NCBI GenBank assembly: GCA_046533775.1
Contig: JAWDOO010000003.1
Span: 30,001-62,000, forward strand
Reading direction: 5' to 3'
DNA length: 32,000 bases
Source of the DNA: Candidatus Nanopusillus sp.
Lineage (GTDB): Archaea > Nanobdellota > Nanobdellia > Nanobdellales > Nanobdellaceae
Shown: one piece after another, positions 18,799-25,656 of the stretch
How the letters are laid out: every line of letters begins with the position of its first letter
How positions within the stretch are numbered: position 1 is the stretch's first letter
Made by a program: the position numbers and the translations under genes
The notes under the pieces: generated by a model
Told to the model about the DNA's origin: nothing
What the model saw: the letters and a program-made list of their open reading frames with translations, nothing else
Databases searched by the model: none

Positions 18799-19665
18799 CT
18801 ATGTTTCAAATGGGCTAATTGCTTTTAGTAATATAATAAAGAGAGCTGTACCCATTGGCAATATTATCAATATACTCATTAATTGCATAAATTCTATATA
18901 TTGAAAGTTTGTTCCAGAAATAGAACCCATCAATGTAGTTAATATAATTATAAATATAACTCCTACAATTATTAATGTTATATATATTTCTAAGAATACT
19001 TGCATATTGTTTGAGTATTCTATTATTTTTCTTTTATATTCATCAAATAATTTTTCAGCTTCATTATATAAATATTCTTCAAGATTTCCACCTTCAACTA
19101 TTATTGATTTCATTCCATTTAATATTGAAGCCCATTTCTTTGATGGTGAATATTCTGCTTTTCTTTCTAATGCTACTGGTAGTGATAATCCAACAGTATC
19201 TATTAAGTATATTATTTCAGATGCCTCCTTTTTTATTTCTGAAAATTCACTATATTTTGACAATAATTCAAATAATGCTTTTGGAGTTGCACCAGAAGAA
19301 ACTAAAGAAGCCATATATAATACAGCATAATACAAAGAATTATCTATTTTTCTAGCTCTAGTTTGTTTTATCATTGAAGGATATTTCTTAAATAATAATA
19401 GAGATACAAAAAATCCAAGGACACCGGCGATTATTCCAAATATTATTGGAAAAGTTGGATTAAAAGATCTATATACCTTTATATTATACATTAGAAGAAA
19501 GAAAAATGTAAATATTGATATTGATATAGATATTCCTATTGAATATATTTTAGCTTTATATATATACTTAAAAGGATCTTCTTTAGAATTAATTGCTAAT
19601 AGATCCTTTTCTATACCATTGAAAAATCGATCAAATATACCAGCCATATATTTAAATATTAACAT
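18799..19665 (-). CDS. FlaJ/TadC-family (T2SS-F domain) platform protein, N-terminal-half equivalent
   Basis: Two TM helices are followed by a cytoplasmic T2SS-F-like domain (RARKIDNSLYYAVLYMASLVSSGATPKALFELL, GLSLPVALE, EGGNLEEYL) and then two more TM helices. An alternative start is MAGIF at 19647. Confidence 0.7.
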   Translation of the reverse strand: MLIFKYMAGIFDRFFNGIEKDLLAINSKEDPFKYIYKAKIYSIGISISISIFTFFFLLMYNIKVYRSFNPTFPIIFGIIAGVLGFFVSLLLFKKYPSMIKQTRARKIDNSLYYAVLYMASLVSSGATPKALFELLSKYSEFSEIKKEASEIIYLIDTVGLSLPVALERKAEYSPSKKWASILNGMKSIIVEGGNLEEYLYNEAEKLFDEYKRKIIEYSNNMQVFLEIYITLIIVGVIFIIILTTLMGSISGTNFQYIEFMQLMSILIILPMGTALFIILLKAISPFET

Positions 19666-19682
19666 CCAAAATTAAAAGTATA

Positions 19683-20939
19683 ATGATAACTAATGTATAT
19701 AATAAAAGTGTAAATGAAAAGGGATTATTTGAAAAGTTTATAGATCAAATTTTTAATATAAAGGATCCATTACATTATAAAGAAATAAATGTTTTTGGTT
19801 CATATATTAAGGAAGATAAGTTTGTATTGTATATATCTATTTTATTTGCATCAATATTTGGAATAATTGGAATAATATTTAAATTATATGAAAATTATGT
19901 AACGCTTTCAACATTAATAATAGTTATATATATTGTAGGAGGAGTTCCATATTTGTTTTACAAGTATATTGAAAGTAAAATATATGAAAATATATCAAAT
20001 AATTATACATATTTTTTATCTTATTTGTCTGAAAGTTTATCATCTGGAATGACATTATTGGATGCTCTAGGATATTTATCTTCGGTAGATTTAGGATATC
20101 TGTCTTTTTTAGTTAAAAAATTATATAGTTGGATTGCCTGGGGTATGTCATTTGAAAAGGCATTTACATTATTTAACATGTATTTTGATGAGCTTCCAAA
20201 TATAAAGATGATTAATTATGTAATATTGGAAACATATAAGGGTGGAGGTGATATTTCGAAGGTTTTAAAAAAGTTATATAATGATTTGGAATCTGTAAAA
20301 GAATTGGATGGATTAAAGAAAGCATATGTATCGCAACAAATAATGGTTTTATATGCTATATTTGTTATATTTATTGGATTATCGATTTCTATATTAAATA
20401 CAATTAAACCATTGATAATAAGTCAAGTTTCTGTTTCTAACATTCATACAACATTTAATTTCTTTTCTTCTTCAATAAATTATCCATGGTTAAAGTTTAT
20501 TACAGCTTTGTCAATAATTTTTGTAGGAATTTCAGCATCAATTATAATGGGTATTGCTGAAAGTGGAAAAATAAGGTCTTCAGTAAAGCATTTAGCAATA
20601 AATAATTTAATAGGATTGTTATCTATAGTAATTTTTGTTCTACCTTCTTTTGTAACATTTAATTTACAAGTTTTTCCAACAACTGCTTATGTATATACCC
20701 CAATAAATATACAAGTATATGGATATATTGATGCGCAGCCAATAACAAATGCCCCATTAACAATATATGTAATAAATTCAGCTGGAAATTATGTTTATCA
20801 GAATTTTCAAATATTACAGAACGGATATTATTCTCAGTCTATTGAATTAAATAACACGGGTACATATACTATAGAAGCAATATTAAATTATAATGGAAAA
20901 AAATATATGCAAAAACAAGAAATTAATGTAACAATATGA
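19683..20939 (+). CDS. FlaJ/TadC-family (T2SS-F domain) platform protein, C-terminal-half equivalent, with an extracytoplasmic beta-rich C-terminal domain
   Basis: Two TM helices are followed by a T2SS-F-like domain (YTYFLSYLSESLSSGMTLLDALGYL, GMSFEKAF, KGGGDISKVLKKL) and three more TM helices. A roughly 95 aa C-terminal tail follows (FNLQVFPTTAYVYTPINIQVYGY...TGTYTIEAILNYNGKKY), predicted outside by the positive-inside rule. Confidence 0.65.
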   Translation: MITNVYNKSVNEKGLFEKFIDQIFNIKDPLHYKEINVFGSYIKEDKFVLYISILFASIFGIIGIIFKLYENYVTLSTLIIVIYIVGGVPYLFYKYIESKIYENISNNYTYFLSYLSESLSSGMTLLDALGYLSSVDLGYLSFLVKKLYSWIAWGMSFEKAFTLFNMYFDELPNIKMINYVILETYKGGGDISKVLKKLYNDLESVKELDGLKKAYVSQQIMVLYAIFVIFIGLSISILNTIKPLIISQVSVSNIHTTFNFFSSSINYPWLKFITALSIIFVGISASIIMGIAESGKIRSSVKHLAINNLIGLLSIVIFVLPSFVTFNLQVFPTTAYVYTPINIQVYGYIDAQPITNAPLTIYVINSAGNYVYQNFQILQNGYYSQSIELNNTGTYTIEAILNYNGKKYMQKQEINVTI

Positions 20940-21622
20940 AATCTCAAAGTTGGATTGAGGTATTAATTACACTTGCTGTCTTTTTATATATTATAATTTA
21001 TATGTATCAAGATATAGTTAGTGGATTATCTCAATATTCTACTGGATTATATAAAATATCAGAATATCAAAAATTATATATTAGTTCTTTTTATTTTTCT
21101 CAATTTTATGATCCTCAAATAGTATATAATTATACAAATTTTTCTTTTTCATATTATTATACTCCCAATGTTATATTTTTATCTACAAACTCATTTATTT
21201 GTAATAATTGTATAGAATTTTTTTATAATATGAGTTCAAACAATATAGAAATAATACAGAATTCTAATATAAATGTAACATCAATTTTGCAAGTTTATAT
21301 ATATGGAACAACACAAAATATTAGTATAACAAATAATTCTGCATATTATAATTGCAATAATTATTTAAGTTCTTCATTTTTTAGTGTATATACAAGAACA
21401 TACTTATATTGTAATTTTAATTTAATTGGAAATTCTAGTATTTATATAAATACAAATGAAAAATTCTTAATTATAAATAATTATAATACAGTATTATACT
21501 TATATAATGGGGATAAAATTGTTGGTCTTCCAAATATATTAATGAATATTTATTCAACAGTATATTTAAATTATTTTCAATATTTTAATGGATCTATAAA
21601 TTATATATCTCTATATGGATAA
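20936..21622 (+). CDS. hypothetical pilin-like secreted protein
   Basis: N-terminus MKS|QSWIEVLITLAVFLYIIIYMY: a short basic leader, then a hydrophobic helix with Glu at +5 if cleaved after Ser. I counted 8 N-x-S/T sequons. It is coupled to the upstream platform gene by an ATGA overlap. Confidence 0.45.
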   Translation: MKSQSWIEVLITLAVFLYIIIYMYQDIVSGLSQYSTGLYKISEYQKLYISSFYFSQFYDPQIVYNYTNFSFSYYYTPNVIFLSTNSFICNNCIEFFYNMSSNNIEIIQNSNINVTSILQVYIYGTTQNISITNNSAYYNCNNYLSSSFFSVYTRTYLYCNFNLIGNSSIYINTNEKFLIINNYNTVLYLYNGDKIVGLPNILMNIYSTVYLNYFQYFNGSINYISLYG

Positions 21623-21666
21623 TGAAAAATTTATATAAGAATCATGAATATAAATTAAATATTGTT

Positions 21667-21739
21667 GGGCCCGTAGCTTAGTTGGTAAAGCGTCGGGCTT
21701 TTAACCCGAAGATCGGGGGTTCGAATCCCCCCGGGCCCG
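21667..21739 (+). tRNA. tRNA-Lys (anticodon TTT)
   Basis: Cloverleaf: GGGCCCG/CGGGCCC acceptor, GCTT/AAGC D stem, TCGGG/CCCGA anticodon stem, loop CTTTTAA, T arm GGGGG-TTCGAAT-CCCCC, discriminator G. No CCA. Confidence 0.92.
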
Positions 21740-22124
21740 GGTTCGATTATTATAAATGATTAAGCTTAATAACAAATTTAGAATAATTCATAATTAGTAT
21801 TGAAATGTATATATAAATAATTTACTAATTTCTACAAGATTTGTAAGTTTATATTCTAATAATTATCAATAATTAATAAATAGTTTAAATATTGTAATAT
21901 TTAGAACAAATGTAAATAGTAAATTATATAATTATTATGCAATAATATTAACATTGAGAAATACAAATTAAAATATTATATTTATTAAAATATTACTACA
22001 CTAGTTATATTTTTGGAGAGTAATGGGTAATAGAAATATAATGCTTGCAAATATTAAATTTATATCCATAGGATCCAGAAGTTGTGAATATTTTATTCAT
22101 AAATTTTTTTGATAATTTTTCTTT

Positions 22125-22919
22125 ATGAGTCTGGATACCTTAATATTAGCAGGTGGTTTTGCTAAGAGATTTAGACCATTATCAGATTATGTACCAAAAC
22201 CATTGTTTCCAGTGGGAGGAGTACCATTAATATATTATGTAATAGAAAAAGCATTAGAAACAGGTTCAGATGGAATAATTATATCTACAAATAAAAAATA
22301 TGAAAATCATTTTAGACATATTTTAGCATCATTATATTCTTTTTATGGACCATCCCAAATTGGAAAAATAAGATTGGTAATTGAACCGTCAAATTCTGAA
22401 GAAAATAAGTTAGGATCTATTGGAGGTTTACATTACGCAATAAAAGAGATGAGCATAAATAATAATTTACTAATATTATTGGGAGATAATTTGTTTAGTT
22501 TTAATTTAAATAAAATAATTAAATTGGGAAATGAAAATAATTCCATAGCTTTGGCAATATATGATGTAAAGAATTCGGATGATGCAAAAAATTATGGAGT
22601 AGTAAAATTAGAAAATAATATAATAAAGGAATTTTATGAGAAACCTCAAAATCCATTATATACTACAATATCTACTGGAATATATTATATTCCAAAAGAA
22701 AAATTGTATCTATTAGATGAATATATGGATTCTAATTATAGTAAAGATTCTATGGGAAATTTCTTTGAATATTTAATAAAAAAGGGAGAGAAAATATATG
22801 GATATGTATATAATGATGACAGTGAATATTGGTTTGATATTGGTACAATAGAATCTTATCAAAGAGCAAATAAGTTTGTAAATGAAAAAGGTTTATATAG
22901 AAGATGGACATGGCCATAA
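22125..22919 (+). CDS. sugar-1-phosphate nucleotidyltransferase (RmlA/GlmU-N/ManC-like)
   Basis: N-terminal LILAGGFAKRFRPLSDYVPKPLFPVGG (the GGxGxRxxPLxxxxPK motif), LLGDNLF, YGVVKL and FYEKPQNP motifs. 264 aa. Confidence 0.8.
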   Translation: MSLDTLILAGGFAKRFRPLSDYVPKPLFPVGGVPLIYYVIEKALETGSDGIIISTNKKYENHFRHILASLYSFYGPSQIGKIRLVIEPSNSEENKLGSIGGLHYAIKEMSINNNLLILLGDNLFSFNLNKIIKLGNENNSIALAIYDVKNSDDAKNYGVVKLENNIIKEFYEKPQNPLYTTISTGIYYIPKEKLYLLDEYMDSNYSKDSMGNFFEYLIKKGEKIYGYVYNDDSEYWFDIGTIESYQRANKFVNEKGLYRRWTWP

Positions 22920-22949
22920 ATAAAAGTTTTTCTTATAAATTATTTTTAA

Positions 22950-24725
22950 ATGATAAGATCTCCGATAATTGTTGTTTTAGGTCATGTTGATGCTGGTAAA
23001 ACTTCTCTATTAGATAAGATTAGAAATACATCTTATATAAAAAAAGAAGTTGGTGAAATGACTCAACATATAGGAGCTACAGAAGTATCAATTGATGTAA
23101 TTAAGGAAATATCAAAACCACTATTAAATATGTTTAAATTTGATCTAAAGATTCCTTCTTTATTATTTATAGATACTCCTGGTCATGAGGTATTTAGTAA
23201 TTTAAGAAAAAGAGGAGGATCTGTTTCAGATTTAGCAATTATTGTAATAGATATATTGGAAGGATTTCAAAAACAAACATATGAAGCAATAGAAATATGT
23301 AAACAGTTAAAAGTACCATTTTTAATTGCATTAAATAAAATAGATAAAATAGATGGATGGAAACCTTATGAAAATAAACCATTTTTAGAGAGTATAAAAT
23401 ATCAGGATCAAAGAGTAATAAATAAATTAGAAGAATATACATATAATATTGTAGCTAAATTATATGAATTGGGATTTGATTCTGATAGATACGATAGAGT
23501 AAAAGATTTTAGAAGACAGGTTGCAATCATTCCTGTTTCTTCAAAAACTGGCGAAGGTATTCCCGATTTATTATTATTAATTGCAGGGCTTTCCCAAAGA
23601 TATTTAGAAGAAAAATTAAAAATAAATGTTGAAGGAAATGGTGTTGGAGTAATTCTAGAAGTAAAAGAAGAGAAAGGTTTAGGTAGTGTAATAGATATAA
23701 TATTATATGATGGTAAAATAAAAAAAGGTGATAAAATTGCATTTTTATCAAAAGATGGTATTAAAACATCAAAAGTAAAATTAATATTAAAGCCATTACC
23801 TTTAACAGATATTAGATTTGCTGGTAGAAATAAATTTAAAGAAATAGATATTGCATATGCAGCAAGTGGTATAAGAATATCGGCAGATGGATTAGATAAT
23901 GCTCTACCAGGTTCCACAATCTATGTATATAATGATGAAAAAGAATTAAAGGAAATAGAACAGAAATTAAAGGGAGATATTGAAAATATAATATTTCAAA
24001 CTGATAAGGAAGGTATTATTGTTAAAGCAGATACATTGGGATCATTGGAAGTATTAGTAAAAATGTTAAGGGATAGAAATATTCCAATAAAAAAGGCAGA
24101 TATAGGGGATATAAATAAGGAAGATGTAAATATAGCATTATCTATGAAGGAAAAATATCCTCAATATTCTGTAATAGTTGGATTTAATATTGGAATAAAT
24201 AAGAATGATGAAGAATATGTAAAATCTTCAAATATAAATTTAATAATATCAAATGTTATATATGATTTAATTGAAAAAATTGAGAAATATATTAATGAGA
24301 TAAAATATAATAAAGAAAGAATATTAAGAGAATTACCACCAATAGGAAAGATAAAAATATTGAAGGGAAATATATTTAGAAGATCAAATCCTGCAATTGT
24401 TGGGATTGAAGTTTTGGGAGGAGAAATAAGAAAAGATGTATATTTAATTAATTTAGATGGAAAAATAATCGGAAGAATTTTGGCAATACAAAAAGAAAAA
24501 AAGAATATAGATGTGGCTATTAAAAATGATAAGGTTGCTATATCTATAGATGATGCAGTAGTTGGGAGAAATTTATTTGAAGATGATATATTATATACTT
24601 TTATATCTGAAAATGATTATAGAAAATTTAAGGAAAATAAAGATATTTTAAATGATGAACAAAAAGAAATATTAAAGGAAATAGCAAATATAATGAGAAA
24701 AGAAAATCCTGCTTGGGGTTTATGA
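22950..24725 (+). CDS. infB: translation initiation factor aIF5B (IF-2)
   Basis: GTPase motifs are RSPIIVVLGHVDAGKTSLLD, DTPGHEVF and NKID. The four-domain length is 591 aa, with no intein. Confidence 0.92.
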   Translation: MIRSPIIVVLGHVDAGKTSLLDKIRNTSYIKKEVGEMTQHIGATEVSIDVIKEISKPLLNMFKFDLKIPSLLFIDTPGHEVFSNLRKRGGSVSDLAIIVIDILEGFQKQTYEAIEICKQLKVPFLIALNKIDKIDGWKPYENKPFLESIKYQDQRVINKLEEYTYNIVAKLYELGFDSDRYDRVKDFRRQVAIIPVSSKTGEGIPDLLLLIAGLSQRYLEEKLKINVEGNGVGVILEVKEEKGLGSVIDIILYDGKIKKGDKIAFLSKDGIKTSKVKLILKPLPLTDIRFAGRNKFKEIDIAYAASGIRISADGLDNALPGSTIYVYNDEKELKEIEQKLKGDIENIIFQTDKEGIIVKADTLGSLEVLVKMLRDRNIPIKKADIGDINKEDVNIALSMKEKYPQYSVIVGFNIGINKNDEEYVKSSNINLIISNVIYDLIEKIEKYINEIKYNKERILRELPPIGKIKILKGNIFRRSNPAIVGIEVLGGEIRKDVYLINLDGKIIGRILAIQKEKKNIDVAIKNDKVAISIDDAVVGRNLFEDDILYTFISENDYRKFKENKDILNDEQKEILKEIANIMRKENPAWGL

Positions 24726-25193
24726 TTTTTTAATTTTGCTAAACTTTCTTTTATATTCTCTATTTGTATTTTCTAAAATGTGTGATGGTTTAGATAATGA
24801 AATTATATCATCTATATCAAAGAAATCCTTCAATATATTTTCAATGCTTTCCTTATCTATATTTATATTTTGACCAGGTAATTTTGAATAAATTATGTTT
24901 ATTGTAATATCTTTTGGGATTTTAAAAAAGTATAGAGGTTCTAGTTTTAATAAATTAAATATATTAAATTTTTTATCTGAGAAAAAAGAGAAAAATAATG
25001 GATGATCATCAATGAAAGTTCTAGGAATAAATCCAAAATAGAAAGGATATGATACTTTTAAATTCATATAAGTATTTATATTTAAATCAAAATCTATTAT
25101 ATTTATTGCATTTGTATCTGGTAAATTTAATATTATTCCATTAAAAAAATCTGGAAATTCATCATTTTGTTCAATATGTAATAGTTCTTTCAT
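24720..25193 (-). CDS. family I inorganic pyrophosphatase-like protein with a degenerate active site
   Basis: YPFYFGFIPRTFIDDHPLFF aligns to the PPase signature YPxNYGFIPxTxxxDGDPLDVLV, and PDFFNGIILNLP aligns to PDVVNVLVEIP. Most catalytic Asp/Glu/Lys/Tyr positions are replaced. The ORF track extends to 25298, but that start overlaps rps6e head-to-head by 32 nt. Met36 at 25193 matches the normal PPase N-terminus. Confidence 0.55.
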   Translation of the reverse strand: MKELLHIEQNDEFPDFFNGIILNLPDTNAINIIDFDLNINTYMNLKVSYPFYFGFIPRTFIDDHPLFFSFFSDKKFNIFNLLKLEPLYFFKIPKDITINIIYSKLPGQNINIDKESIENILKDFFDIDDIISLSKPSHILENTNREYKRKFSKIKKS

Positions 25194-25266
25194 AATAAAT
25201 TTAAAGTATTTGTTATATAAAAATTTTTCATTAAAGAATAAAAATATTTTCCATAATTGATATAAA

Positions 25267-25656
25267 ATGGCAAACAAGAGAAAAGAAATTATATTCAAAG
25301 TTGTAGTATCAGATCCAAAGACTGGAAAGTCTATTCAAGTACAAACAAAAGACGAATCATTAGTGGGCAAGAAAATTGGAGATATAATTGATGGATCAAT
25401 AATTAATTTAGATGGATATAAATTAAGGATAACTGGTGGTTCTGGATTTGAAGGTGCTCCAATGGTAAATTATGTTGAAGGAATGAATAAAAAATATGTG
25501 TGGTATAATGAAAATAAAAAGGTAAGGGTTAAAAAATTAGTTAGGGGAAATACAATATCTCCAGAAATTGTACAAGTAAATACTAAAATAGAAGAATATG
25601 GAAATAAAGATTTTAATCAAATATATGAAGAATTTAAATCACAAAAATCTCAATGA
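25267..25656 (+). CDS. rps6e: 30S ribosomal protein eS6
   Basis: FKVVVSDPKTGKSIQVQTKDESLVGKKIGDIIDGSIINLDGYKLRITGGSGFEGAPM matches the eS6 N-terminal domain. Confidence 0.9.
   Translation: MANKRKEIIFKVVVSDPKTGKSIQVQTKDESLVGKKIGDIIDGSIINLDGYKLRITGGSGFEGAPMVNYVEGMNKKYVWYNENKKVRVKKLVRGNTISPEIVQVNTKIEEYGNKDFNQIYEEFKSQKSQ

Noticed and set aside
18975-19355. Plus-strand ORFs 18975-19355 and 19007-19330 inside the first platform half-gene
   Set aside because: These two overlapping frames are antisense to a T2SS-F-domain ORF and have no independent support.
22023-22112. Small ORF MGNRNIMLANIKFISIGSRSCEYFIHKFF (29 aa) upstream of the nucleotidyltransferase gene
   Set aside because: It shows no similarity to any small protein family I know, such as small ribosomal proteins or Sec subunits. 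Short ORFs of this size arise by chance, and there is no supporting signal.
21667-22124. Integrated element or prophage remnant at tRNA-Lys (T-loop-like GGTTCGATT just after the tRNA)
   Set aside because: There is no integrase, no second copy of a tRNA 3' segment anywhere in the window to serve as the other att site, and no foreign-looking genes. The 9-nt echo could be chance. I kept it only as a low-weight possibility within the non-coding-gap finding.
21740-22124. Replication origin in the 385-bp gap
   Set aside because: I could not find repeated ORB or mini-ORB-like inverted repeats. Only short AT-only repeats such as TAAATAGT x2 and a 5-bp hairpin TACAA-GAT-TTGTA are present. There is no cdc6/orc1 gene nearby, and the whole genome is AT-rich, so an AT tract is not diagnostic.
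23239-23917. Minus-strand ORFs 23239-23442, 23408-23917 and 23527-23751 inside infB
   Set aside because: They are antisense to aIF5B, one of the most confidently identified genes in the window.
22950-24725. Intein in aIF5B, or the Kae1 insertion as a mini-intein
   Set aside because: aIF5B has the normal uninterrupted length (591 aa). The Kae1 insert (~75 aa) is too short and lacks the Cys/Ser start and His-Asn end plus nucleophile that inteins require.
25194-25298. N-terminal 35 codons of the PPase-like ORF (MNIISFLLFAILYQLWKIFLFF...) as a genuine TM anchor
   Set aside because: This start would overlap the rps6e start head-to-head by 32 nt and leave no promoter space. Met36 aligns with the normal PPase N-terminus. 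A membrane-anchored variant cannot be fully excluded.
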